Of a stretch of 32,000 bases of DNA, positions 1 through 8,532 are shown piece after piece (within the stretch, counting starts at the first letter, position 1; every line of letters begins with the position of its first letter). The notes under the pieces are model-generated. The model was not told where the DNA came from. It saw only the letters and a program-made list of their open reading frames with translations, and did no database searches. The position numbers and the translations under genes are program-made. The stretch spans positions 900,001 through 932,000 of the forward strand of contig CP060232.1 in the NCBI GenBank assembly GCA_023898645.1, in the 5' to 3' direction. This DNA comes from Candidatus Saccharimonadota bacterium. Lineage in GTDB: Bacteria > Patescibacteriota > Saccharimonadia > Saccharimonadales > Saccharimonadaceae.

Positions 1-478
1 CAACGGTCGATGCATTCATACTAGACTTTTCCGCCCAACGTAAATACATTCGCTCTAACATCTCGGCAAAATCCTGCGCATCAGTACCGCCCACTCCGGC
101 GCTTATGCGAATAATTGCATTATGATCATCATATCTTCCGCTATACAGCAATTCCTTTTTGCGATCAGCAAATTCATTTTCTAAAGCCTCTATCTGGCCT
201 TCAAATTCACTTCGTAAACTGTCGTCACCCAACGCCATCAGCTCGGCCATATCATTCACCTGGGCTTGTAATGTCTGCCACGGCTGCACCATTGCGCCTA
301 ACGCCGCCTGTTGTTTACTCATAGCCTGCGCATTAGCAGGATTATTCCACACCTCGGGCACGGCAAGTTCGTCATCAAGCGACTGCAATTGCTTGGCTTT
401 TACGTCAATAGCAAGCTGTTCGTACGCGACAGCTATATCATCCTTCAAAACCTGTATTCGTTTCTCAAGTGGTTGCAT
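1..478 (-). CDS. prfB: Peptide chain release factor 2, N-terminal part (3' end lies beyond the window start)
   Basis: Not in the ORF track because no stop falls in the window. The reverse-strand translation from ATG at 478 reads MQPLEKRIQVLKDD...VPEVWNNPANAQAM...ISAGVGGTDAQDFAEMLERMYLRWAEK. This is typical of the RF2 N-terminal and domain 2 region. The frame is continuous with no internal frameshift site. Confidence 0.85.
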   Translation of the reverse strand, partial: MQPLEKRIQVLKDDIAVAYEQLAIDVKAKQLQSLDDELAVPEVWNNPANAQAMSKQQAALGAMVQPWQTLQAQVNDMAELMALGDDSLRSEFEGQIEALENEFADRKKELLYSGRYDDHNAIIRISAGVGGTDAQDFAEMLERMYLRWAEKSSMNASTV

Positions 479-485
479 AGATTAA

Positions 486-491
486 ATTATA
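486..491 (-). promoter_or_regulatory. prfB -10 box, leaderless-type
   Basis: On the minus strand, TATAAT then 7 nt (ttaatct) to ATG 478. Confidence 0.5.
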
Positions 492-504
492 CAGTACTAC
501 CTCG

Positions 505-513
505 TGTTACACT
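505..513 (+). promoter_or_regulatory. murI extended -10, leaderless-type
   Basis: TGtTACACT then 6 nt to ATG 520 (conserved MIKIGVFDSGVGG start). Confidence 0.5.
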
Positions 514-519
514 GGTGAC

Positions 520-1185
520 ATGATAAAAATTGGTGTATTTGATTCAGGCGTCGGCGGTGAGGCTGTCGCAGAAAGATTACGTCAATTGTTTCCTGAAGCC
601 AAAATCATATCGGTAAACGACAGCGCCAACGTACCTTATGGCACCAAAGCGGCGCACGAGATTACTCGTCTAACAGATTCCGCTATACAGCCACTACTCA
701 AGGCAAAATGCGACGCAATTGTTATCGCTTGTAATACCGCAACGACAAATGCCATCAATCATCTTCGCGCCACCTACCCTAAAGTCCATTTCGTTGGCAT
801 TGAACCTATGGTTAAACCAGCAGCCAAACTGACCAAAACAAGTGTCATTGCCGTCCTCGCTACGCCCAGCACTTTAAAAAGCCACCGCTACGCAGAGTTG
901 AAGCGTCAATGGGCGCCAAAACTTACTGTTATTGAGCCTGACTGTGCCAACTGGGCCTCGTTCATCGAACGAGGAGAACTACAACGGGTCGACGTACACG
1001 TAGCTGTTCACGAAGCACTAAGATGGCACTCAGACGTAATCGTACTTGGTTGTACCCATTACCATTGGCTGAAAGACCGCATACAGGCCATCGCAGGCCC
1101 GAGTGTACGCGTACTTGAGCCATCCGATGCAATCGGTGCCCGCATAGAATCACTTCTTTCTACAGACTCTCTACTGCCTGTATAA
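520..1185 (+). CDS. murI: Glutamate racemase
   Basis: Motifs VFDSGVGG, ACNTA and GCTHY carry the two catalytic-Cys regions of Asp/Glu racemases. At 221 aa it is short. Confidence 0.9.
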   Translation: MIKIGVFDSGVGGEAVAERLRQLFPEAKIISVNDSANVPYGTKAAHEITRLTDSAIQPLLKAKCDAIVIACNTATTNAINHLRATYPKVHFVGIEPMVKPAAKLTKTSVIAVLATPSTLKSHRYAELKRQWAPKLTVIEPDCANWASFIERGELQRVDVHVAVHEALRWHSDVIVLGCTHYHWLKDRIQAIAGPSVRVLEPSDAIGARIESLLSTDSLLPV

Positions 1186-2455
1186 ACTGATTACCGCGAT
1201 CAGCGTAATCCTTGAACATATCAAAACTCGCACAAGCCGGGCTAAGTATGACTACGTCACCAGGCTCAGCAGTTGCGGCGGCTGTTTTTACAATTTCATC
1301 CATTTTTAATGTCGTATCGTACCTGTTATACCGAGCAAAGCCAACCTCTTTGAGAGCCGCCTCTATCTTTGGAGCTTCTGTTCCTATTAGTAAAACCCTG
1401 CGCATTGAATCAACGTTATCCATGACAGCTTGAGCCAGTTCACCATACGAAGCACCTTTGTCAGACCCGCCCAATATCAGAATTTTCGGCGCCTCAAACG
1501 ACTTTATAGCTGCTATCGCACTACCCGGTGTTGTCGCTATACTATCATCGTAATATTCAACTTCATTAACATCCTTAACTAATTTAAGTCTGTGAGGTAG
1601 CCCCTGAAATGCCAGCAGCCCTCGCTCAATTTCATTACCGTCTCTTACCCATGGCCACACAGCACTGATTGCAGCGCACGCATTTTCACGATTATGTACC
1701 CCAGGTAATTTCAACGAGGCTACTGAACACAATTCTTGTTCACCATAATAAAACTTACCTTCTCGTACATGTCCTGCATCATCACTCGGATACGCCATAG
1801 TCTTACCTGGCGACTGTTTTGCAATTAGTTCGGAGTATTGATTACCCTGTAAATAAATAGTTAAGTCTTCTGGCTTCTGATGCTTAGCGATGTTTGCCTT
1901 TGCCCCAACATAGTCATCGAGATCTTTATGTACATCCAAGTGCTCCGGTTCAACACCCAACACGACTGCTACATGCGGACTAACATCGATATCCCATAGT
2001 TGAAAGCTACTTAACTCATACACCACGATATCGCTCGGTTTGATCTGATGCAGGACGTCGAATGCTCCTATACCGATGTTGCCGACTAGCCAAGCTCGCT
2101 TTCCGGCAGTATCAAGGATAGATTTGATGAGGCTACAAGTCGTACCCTTACCTTTCGTACCAGTAACCCCAATCGTCTGAGCTGGACAAACTTTAAGGAA
2201 TTCACGTGCCATTGTCGTTACTTCACCAGTCACCTGTACCTGATCTGGCGATATAGCAGGTGTTTTGACAGCCAAGTCGGCCACGATGCCCTTAAAATCC
2301 TTAACCCCGCCAACAAATTTCACATCCGACGGCAACGGGTTCTTTGGTTGCGAATTGTTGTCATAGACAGTTATGACAGCATCTGGGTACTTTGTACGGT
2401 AATATTTATAGACACTCTCGCCTTCGACGCCATAACCTAAAATAGCTATATTCAT
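1160..2455 (-). CDS. murD: UDP-N-acetylmuramoyl-L-alanine--D-glutamate ligase
   Basis: It has an N-terminal Rossmann-like ILGYGVEG, a P-loop GVTGTKGKGTT and the ELSSFQL motif typical of MurD. It is a 431-aa Mur ligase. Confidence 0.88.
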   Translation of the reverse strand: MNIAILGYGVEGESVYKYYRTKYPDAVITVYDNNSQPKNPLPSDVKFVGGVKDFKGIVADLAVKTPAISPDQVQVTGEVTTMAREFLKVCPAQTIGVTGTKGKGTTCSLIKSILDTAGKRAWLVGNIGIGAFDVLHQIKPSDIVVYELSSFQLWDIDVSPHVAVVLGVEPEHLDVHKDLDDYVGAKANIAKHQKPEDLTIYLQGNQYSELIAKQSPGKTMAYPSDDAGHVREGKFYYGEQELCSVASLKLPGVHNRENACAAISAVWPWVRDGNEIERGLLAFQGLPHRLKLVKDVNEVEYYDDSIATTPGSAIAAIKSFEAPKILILGGSDKGASYGELAQAVMDNVDSMRRVLLIGTEAPKIEAALKEVGFARYNRYDTTLKMDEIVKTAAATAEPGDVVILSPACASFDMFKDYADRGNQFIQAVESL

Positions 2456-2461
2456 AGCCCA

Positions 2462-2467
2462 AGTATA
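2462..2467 (-). promoter_or_regulatory. Possible murD -10 box
   Basis: On the minus strand, TATACT then 6 nt (tgggct) to ATG 2455. There is no TG extension, and murD could instead be co-transcribed with the M16 peptidase gene. Confidence 0.3.
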
Positions 2468-2473
2468 CCCCGA

Positions 2474-3760
2474 CTATACAGTCTCAAACAACGTTGCCAG
2501 CTTTTCGTTCAGTCGCACAAGCTCTTTTCGCTCGCCGCTACTTACGCCAGCCAATACGTTGATGTTGTAGCTTATGAATTCTCGAGCTGTCTCAATCATA
2601 CATTCACGAGACGTGTTTTTAATAGAATCAGGTACCTTTTCATAATCCTTAACAACATCATCTGAAAAATAGCGGTTTGTATAGAAATTGCTTATCTGTG
2701 ATACAGTCTGAGCACCCATCTGATGCCGACCAAGGGCGTACGATTTAGCGGCATCAATTTCGGCCTCTGTAATTTTGCCATCAAGAACCGCGCGAAGTTC
2801 CCGTACAATAATGTCGAACAGGCCATCAGATGTATCCAGATTTACCTGACCACCAAAATCCCAACTACTATCATGAAAACCGACCGATGTATCGCTAAAC
2901 ATACCGTATGCCAAGCCTTTTTTGCGAGCTGCTCCATAAATACGCGACGTCATCGTTCCTGTTAATATATGGTCCAAGCAATCCATGGCGTCTGATTCTT
3001 CTTCGCTCAATTCCCTTGGTACAATCATCGACCAAGCAAACGTTAGGTTGGACGCCTCCTTCCGACGAATCAAGGTCGGCTTACCTCCATGGAATTCATC
3101 GTGTGGCGCTTCAAAACGTTCTCCGCGCGGTAAATCCCAATCCTCTAGTTGTCGTTTAATTTCGCTTTTTCGTCCCTGCATCTTTCCGGCAATCACGAAT
3201 CGCATATTCGCTGCTGTGTGCGTTCGCGCATGATGCTCTTTTATGTGGTGCAGCTTCACACGCGGTATCGTCCGCAGTCTCTGATTAAACGTCAATACAT
3301 CTTCGCCCAGTAACTGCTGCACCTTTGGCCACAGCACACGGTTATGATTATTCAAAAACCCAGTCAGCTCGCTTCGAACGTTGCCCTTTTCAGCCTCTAG
3401 CTCCGATGAATTGAATCGAGGCTGACAAATTGACAAGCGCTGTAATTCCAATATGCGCTCCCATTCAAAATCAGCGCAATCGGCCAAATACACCATACTA
3501 AGATCGCTTGTATAGGCGTTGTGGTATGCGCCATTTTTTGTAAATTCCGCTTCAAATTCGTGTTCACTTTTGAACTTTGCATTCGCGCCAAAAGCCATAT
3601 GCTCCATTACGTGTGCAGTTTCGTAAATATTCTTCTTTGCTACATATCTGTTGCCAGCACGAAACTGAAACTGAAAACTCATAACCGAGGCGCCAGGAAC
3701 GTCTATAAGAAGTCCACGTGCTCCGTTTTTTAACCGGACTTCTTCGACGGTATGTTTCAT
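2474..3760 (-). CDS. M16 (pitrilysin) family zinc peptidase
   Basis: An inverted zinc motif HxxEH (HVMEH) sits near the N-terminus. The 428-aa length fits the two-domain M16 architecture. Confidence 0.8.
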   Translation of the reverse strand: MKHTVEEVRLKNGARGLLIDVPGASVMSFQFQFRAGNRYVAKKNIYETAHVMEHMAFGANAKFKSEHEFEAEFTKNGAYHNAYTSDLSMVYLADCADFEWERILELQRLSICQPRFNSSELEAEKGNVRSELTGFLNNHNRVLWPKVQQLLGEDVLTFNQRLRTIPRVKLHHIKEHHARTHTAANMRFVIAGKMQGRKSEIKRQLEDWDLPRGERFEAPHDEFHGGKPTLIRRKEASNLTFAWSMIVPRELSEEESDAMDCLDHILTGTMTSRIYGAARKKGLAYGMFSDTSVGFHDSSWDFGGQVNLDTSDGLFDIIVRELRAVLDGKITEAEIDAAKSYALGRHQMGAQTVSQISNFYTNRYFSDDVVKDYEKVPDSIKNTSRECMIETAREFISYNINVLAGVSSGERKELVRLNEKLATLFETV

Positions 3761-3780
3761 ATTTTTATCCCTACTCTACT

Positions 3781-6396
3781 TTATTTGCGATTTTTCTTGC
3801 GATTCTGTCTCTGCGCCTTTTTCTTTTTTCGAGCCTGATTGCGAACTTTTGATTCGCCAGACTTATTTTTAGCTACAGAAAAGTCGGCGTCGCGGTTCAG
3901 TTCACCATTCGTTATTTCATTAACGCCACGCTCAACCGAACTTTCAGCTAAACGGGTCAGTTCAGTTTCATGACTTTCCTCAGCAATCGCTAGGAAGTCG
4001 CTTGGGTGTACATGCATTATCGCACCAAGCACCTCATCTCGTAGCGTCAGCTGTAAGCTATCAAATAGTTTCGCGCTTTCAGATCGATATTCAACCAGCG
4101 GATCGCGTTGACCAACCGAACGCCAATGGATACCATCGCGCAGATGCTGCATATTCTCTAAGTGCTGCATCCAAAGCGTATCTAGTACTTGCAAGTAGAC
4201 GTCGCGCTCAATCTTACGCAATGTCTCAGCTGTCATTTCTTTTTCTTTGGTAGCGTATTGGGCCATAACGGCATCTTTTGCGTTTTTCAAGCGTACTTTA
4301 TCGCGCTTTTCAGCGCCAATATTCAATACATCAGCCTTATTAATTGCAAATAGTCCACTGAATTCCTCAGTAAATTTCGGATTATTTTTAATTGGCAAAC
4401 TTGCTAAATCGGTAACTTTTTCGCTAATGAGACGTTCAATTTCCGGCTTAATATTATCGCCTTCAAGAATCTTACGTCGCATCGTATACACCACGCGGCG
4501 ATGACGGTTAATTACATTGTCGTACTGCACAACATTTTTACGAATGTCGTAGTTGTAACCCTCGACTCGTTTCTGTGCAGCTTCAAGCGTCCTAGTGACA
4601 GCCTTGTTCTGAATAGGCATATCCTCATCAACTCCCAGACGATCCATCAAACTAGCAATGCGTTCACCCTGGAAAATACGCATAAGATCGTCCTGGGTTG
4701 AAACATAAAACTGTGAGTCGCCCGGATCACCCTGACGACCACCGCGTCCGCGAAGCTGGTTATCGATACGGCGCGATTCGTGTCGCTCACTACCGATAAC
4801 GACGAGTCCACCGAGATCCTTCACGCCTTCACCGAGTTTAATATCGGTACCACGACCAGCGATATTTGTTGCCAGAGTAATGGCGCCTTTTTCACCCGCC
4901 TTCTCTACGATTGCCGCCTCGCGCTCATTGTTTTTCGCGTTCAAAATCTCATACTTTATGCCTTCTTTTTTCAAATAAGCAGCGATTAGCTCATTCTTAG
5001 AGATAGACGCGCTACCAACCAATACTGGTCGACCAGCCTCGTGATATTCCTTGATCGCCTTCGCAACAGCCTTCAACTTACCGGTCTCGGTTCGGAAAAT
5101 GAGATCATCATGATCCACGCGAGCAATGGGCCTGTTCGACGGCACTTGAACGACATCCAAGCTATAAATCTGCTGAAACTCTTCCGCCTCGGTGAATGCA
5201 GTACCAGTCATACCTGACAATTTGTCATATAGACGGAAATAATTCTGGAACGATATGGTCGCAAGCGTCATACTCTCCTGAAGCACCGGCACACCCTCTT
5301 TAGCCTCAATCGCTTGGTGAAGACCTTCGTTATATCGTCGACCCTGCATCAAACGGCCCGTGTGCTCGTCAACAATGACAACTTCGCCATCGTTAGTTAC
5401 CACATAGTCTTTGTCGCGGTGGAACAATGTCTGGGCCCGAAGAGCTTGATCTACATGATAAACCGAACGAATATAGTCAGGGCTGTAAAGATTCTTAACA
5501 CCAAGCATTTTTTGAACTTTTTCGACACCCTCATCGCTTAGCGACACGGTACGGCGCTTTTCATCCAGTACGTAATCGTCCGGCACTAGCTTGGCAGCAA
5601 TCTTAGAAAATTGAATATAGCTATCGGGATTCTCGGCAGCTGGCGCACTAATAATTAGCGGCGTCCTCGCCTCATCGATGAGAATTGAGTCAACCTCGTC
5701 AACTATGGCAAAGTGCAATTCACGTTGGCGCACTTCTTCCAATTCGTTAACCATGTTATCGCGCAAATAATCAAAACCGAACTCATTGTTCGTACCATAA
5801 GTAACGTCCGCAGCGTATGCTTCTTTTCGCGTACATGGTCGTAATTTGCGCATACGTGGATCGTCATGCTTTTCATTATCAAATTCCGGGTCGTATATAA
5901 ACGATGCGTCGTTGATAATAATACCCGTAGATAAACCTAAGAAATGATAAATTTCACCCATCCAGCCAGCATCACGCTGAGCTAGGTAATCATTGACGGT
6001 CACCACATGAACACCCTTGCCAGTTAATGCATTCAAATACACCGGTAGCGTCGCAACTAGCGTTTTACCCTCACCCGTCTTCATCTCAGCAACATTTCCA
6101 TCATGTAATACCATGCCGCCGATAAGCTGCACGTCAAAATGACGCTGGCCTAATACACGATCGCTAGCTTCACGCACCAACGCAAACGCATCCGGAAGGA
6201 TGTCATCAATCGTCGTGCCCTTTTTTTCTAAGCGCTTCTTTAATACGTCCGTTTGTTTTTTGAGCTCCGGCTTGCTCATTGCGCTATATTTTTCGGCAAG
6301 TGCGTTAATAGCACCAACCCTTTTTTCCAAACCCTTTAAAACCCGCTTTTGCGGATCACCGAATATTTTTGTCAGTACGCCTTGTCTGGTTACCAT
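3781..6396 (-). CDS. secA: Preprotein translocase ATPase SecA
   Basis: The 871-aa protein has Walker A MKTGEGKT, a DEVDSILIDEARTPLIIS DEAD-like box and TNIAGRGTDIKLG. The C-terminus is a basic tail with no Cys zinc finger. Confidence 0.97.
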   Translation of the reverse strand: MVTRQGVLTKIFGDPQKRVLKGLEKRVGAINALAEKYSAMSKPELKKQTDVLKKRLEKKGTTIDDILPDAFALVREASDRVLGQRHFDVQLIGGMVLHDGNVAEMKTGEGKTLVATLPVYLNALTGKGVHVVTVNDYLAQRDAGWMGEIYHFLGLSTGIIINDASFIYDPEFDNEKHDDPRMRKLRPCTRKEAYAADVTYGTNNEFGFDYLRDNMVNELEEVRQRELHFAIVDEVDSILIDEARTPLIISAPAAENPDSYIQFSKIAAKLVPDDYVLDEKRRTVSLSDEGVEKVQKMLGVKNLYSPDYIRSVYHVDQALRAQTLFHRDKDYVVTNDGEVVIVDEHTGRLMQGRRYNEGLHQAIEAKEGVPVLQESMTLATISFQNYFRLYDKLSGMTGTAFTEAEEFQQIYSLDVVQVPSNRPIARVDHDDLIFRTETGKLKAVAKAIKEYHEAGRPVLVGSASISKNELIAAYLKKEGIKYEILNAKNNEREAAIVEKAGEKGAITLATNIAGRGTDIKLGEGVKDLGGLVVIGSERHESRRIDNQLRGRGGRQGDPGDSQFYVSTQDDLMRIFQGERIASLMDRLGVDEDMPIQNKAVTRTLEAAQKRVEGYNYDIRKNVVQYDNVINRHRRVVYTMRRKILEGDNIKPEIERLISEKVTDLASLPIKNNPKFTEEFSGLFAINKADVLNIGAEKRDKVRLKNAKDAVMAQYATKEKEMTAETLRKIERDVYLQVLDTLWMQHLENMQHLRDGIHWRSVGQRDPLVEYRSESAKLFDSLQLTLRDEVLGAIMHVHPSDFLAIAEESHETELTRLAESSVERGVNEITNGELNRDADFSVAKNKSGESKVRNQARKKKKAQRQNRKKNRK

Positions 6397-6544
6397 AAGA
6401 AGCCCTACTCCTGCCGTATCTACAGTCCCTGCATCACAAATACCCTTTTCGGCCCACCCTCATAGGTTAAAGCAATTTCTGATGGCCTAGTATAACTATG
6501 GCTATACCTTGGTTGCCAGAATGATTTTACCTCGCCGATTATCA

Positions 6545-6566
6545 ACCCGGAAAGTCGGGTATTTTT
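6545..6566 (+). terminator. Terminator-like hairpin on the strand opposite to all neighbouring genes
   Basis: ACCCGG-aaag-TCGGGT then A-TTTTT-G. No plus-strand ORF lies upstream. The same stem would also form in a minus-strand secA leader, but without a U-run. Confidence 0.35.
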
Positions 6567-6732
6567 GTTGCGGTGACTGACTATTACTGAAAATTACTGT
6601 TTATTATTATAGCCTATTTAAAGGCCAATTAACACCTATCTAGAAGCAAAAATTTATTATTTGTTCCTCGAAGTCTGTTTTTAGATTAGCGACAGACATT
6701 TCGAATCTATATTGTCCAACAAAAACAGTAAA

Positions 6733-7125
6733 CTAAGAAGCTTCGACAGCCTCAATAGCTTCTGGCCCTTGATCGCGCCTAAATCGAGCCAAAACCCCAT
6801 GTCGCCCCCTATGACTCACAGCCTCTGACTTGTATTTATGTAATTGCGCAGCTAATTTCGCCTCAACGATATCCAAAGCTGCCAGCATATTAACCGTAGA
6901 ATCCTTTGCTGCCATCAGTTTTCCAGGCACATTAATGATAACTTCAGCCTCATATTTATTACCGTGAGCCTTATTAACTTCTTTTAAAATCACGTCGGCA
7001 CTCGCCGTCTTACGCGCATGTCGCGGCAAATATCTATCTAGTCTGGAAATTTTTTTGATTACGTATTTTTTTGTTGCCTCATCAACGTCAAATTTGATGC
7101 CCGTGATAGAAATTCTGTCAATCAT
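6733..7125 (-). CDS. hpf: Ribosome hibernation promoting factor / RaiA family protein
   Basis: MIDRISITGIKFDVDEATKKYVIKKISRLDRY... matches the sigma54-modulation/YfiA fold. A strong SD GAGGAG lies 6 nt upstream of ATG 7125. The ORF-track start at 7293 would run through a tRNA gene, so I trimmed it. Confidence 0.85.
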   Translation of the reverse strand: MIDRISITGIKFDVDEATKKYVIKKISRLDRYLPRHARKTASADVILKEVNKAHGNKYEAEVIINVPGKLMAAKDSTVNMLAALDIVEAKLAAQLHKYKSEAVSHRGRHGVLARFRRDQGPEAIEAVEAS

Positions 7126-7150
7126 GTACGCTCCTCTTTGTCTATTTATT

Positions 7151-7156
7151 ATTATA
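7151..7156 (-). promoter_or_regulatory. hpf -10 box
   Basis: On the minus strand, TATAAT lies 25 nt upstream of ATG 7125, with the SD GAGGAG in the leader. It sits just downstream of tRNA-Pro. Confidence 0.4.
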
Positions 7157-7181
7157 GAGGATTTGCAGATGGAATAAAAAT

Positions 7182-7258
7182 TGGTCGGGGTGATCCGATT
7201 TGAACGGACGGCCTCACCGTCCCGAACGGTGCGCGCTACCGAACTGCGCCACACCCCG
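7182..7258 (-). tRNA. tRNA-Pro (anticodon CGG), CCA encoded
   Basis: The hand-folded 77-nt cloverleaf has these elements:
- Acceptor stem CGGGGTG/CACCCCG.
- D stem GCGC/GCGC.
- Anticodon stem CACCG/CGGTG with loop TTCGGGA.
- T stem GTCCG/CGGAT with TTCAAAT loop.
- Discriminator A followed by CCA.
It lies 12 nt downstream of the serS stop. Confidence 0.9.
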
Positions 7259-7270
7259 ACGTAAATGAAA

Positions 7271-8515
7271 TTATAGCACCGCTCGACCACCAATATATGG
7301 TCGAAGAACTTCCGGAACTAGCAGAGTCCCATCTGATTGCTGATAGTGCTCAATAATTGCCACAAGTGAACGCGCCAAGCTAACTGCCGTTCCATTTAAT
7401 GTATGTAGAACTTCTACGTTACCGTCCTGGCGACGTACACGGATATTCATATTTCGTGCCTGAAAATCAGTACAATTACTACAACTAGTTAATTCGCGAT
7501 AACTTCCATCAACTGGAGACCAGTATTCAATGTCGTATTTTTTGGCCGCAGGCGCGCCTAGGTCGCCACTAGCAATATTAATGACGTGATACGGTATACC
7601 GATTGCTTGCCAAATCTCCTCCTCGATACCAAGAAGCTTTTCGTGCACTTCTTTACTCTGACCAGGTAGCGTAAACGCATACATTTCCAGTTTATTAAAC
7701 TGGTGAACACGAAACAGTCCACGGGTATGCTTGCCGTACGTCCCAGCTTCCTTACGGTAGCTCGGGCTATAACCGGCGTAAAGCAACGGTAAATTGACTT
7801 CATCTATTATTTCATCGGCATGGTAGCCGGTTAACGGCATCTCAGCAGTCGCGATTAACGACAAGTCCTCACCCTCGATAAAGTATTCGTCCGACTGGTC
7901 GCTACTTCGTGGCGCAAAGCCCGTACCGGTTGCCGTTCGACCGTTGACCATATGAGGTACGGTCATATAAGTAAACCCCTTGCCAACAAGAACCGACAAT
8001 GCATACTGCGTAATTGCGTTCTCAAGCAACGCCAGGTCGCCCTTTAGATAGTAGAATTTTGCGCCAGCCACTTTTGCGCCACGCTCAAAATCAACCCAAT
8101 CCCGTTTAGCTGCAAAGTCTAAGTGGTCAACCGCACCAGTCTTCTGGTCACCCCACTTTTTAATTTCAACACTGTCTTCTTCTCCACCAACAGGCACATC
8201 ATCAAAAACTAAATTCGGAAGCTGCTCAAACAACTCGCTAAAGCTTTTGTCTGCTTGGCTCAAATATCCTTCTCGTTCTGCTAGCTCAACTTTAATCTGC
8301 TTGCCTTCATCTATTAGAACCTGTTCGGGCTTACCGCCCTTCATCTTGGCAGCATTTTGATTTCGCCGTTCTCGCAATTCATCTACTTGCTGTTGAAGCA
8401 ATCGTCGTTCATCGTCAAGAGCAACTATTTTGTTCACATCAATGTCATAGCCTTTATTCTTGGCATTCTGCGCTACAAGTTCAGGCTGCTCACGCAACAA
8501 ACGGATATCAATCAT
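7271..8515 (-). CDS. serS: Seryl-tRNA synthetase
   Basis: The N-terminus MIDIRLLREQPELV begins a coiled-coil arm. Class II motifs are present (FRVHQFNKLE, GLxR-type). Length is 414 aa. Confidence 0.96.
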   Translation of the reverse strand: MIDIRLLREQPELVAQNAKNKGYDIDVNKIVALDDERRLLQQQVDELRERRNQNAAKMKGGKPEQVLIDEGKQIKVELAEREGYLSQADKSFSELFEQLPNLVFDDVPVGGEEDSVEIKKWGDQKTGAVDHLDFAAKRDWVDFERGAKVAGAKFYYLKGDLALLENAITQYALSVLVGKGFTYMTVPHMVNGRTATGTGFAPRSSDQSDEYFIEGEDLSLIATAEMPLTGYHADEIIDEVNLPLLYAGYSPSYRKEAGTYGKHTRGLFRVHQFNKLEMYAFTLPGQSKEVHEKLLGIEEEIWQAIGIPYHVINIASGDLGAPAAKKYDIEYWSPVDGSYRELTSCSNCTDFQARNMNIRVRRQDGNVEVLHTLNGTAVSLARSLVAIIEHYQQSDGTLLVPEVLRPYIGGRAVL

Positions 8516-8521
8516 AAATTT

Positions 8522-8530
8522 ATTGTATCA
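8522..8530 (-). promoter_or_regulatory. serS extended -10, leaderless-type
   Basis: On the minus strand, TGaTACAAT then 6 nt (aaattt) to ATG 8515 (conserved MIDIRLLR start). It sits in the 17-bp gap after the ABC permease gene. Confidence 0.55.
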
Positions 8531-8532
8531 GA

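Noticed and set aside
115-523. Three overlapping plus-strand ORFs lie at the window start (69, 108 and 70 aa).
   Set aside because: They are antisense shadows of the prfB coding region on the minus strand. Their translations are low-complexity with no recognisable motifs.
6397-6732. A known structured RNA (SRP/4.5S, tmRNA, RNase P or 6S) in the hpf-secA gap.
   Set aside because: I looked on both strands for the SRP domain IV GGAA/AGCA motif context, a tmRNA tRNA-like 3' end (GGTTCGAxTCC...CCA) and RNase P conserved regions. I found none, so it stays unassigned.
6733-7293. The ORF-track 186-aa ORF extends hpf upstream to 7293.
   Set aside because: The extra 56 codons read straight through the tRNA-Pro gene (7182-7258) and overlap the serS 3' end. 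The internal ATG at 7125 has a strong SD (GAGGAG) and begins the conserved HPF sequence.
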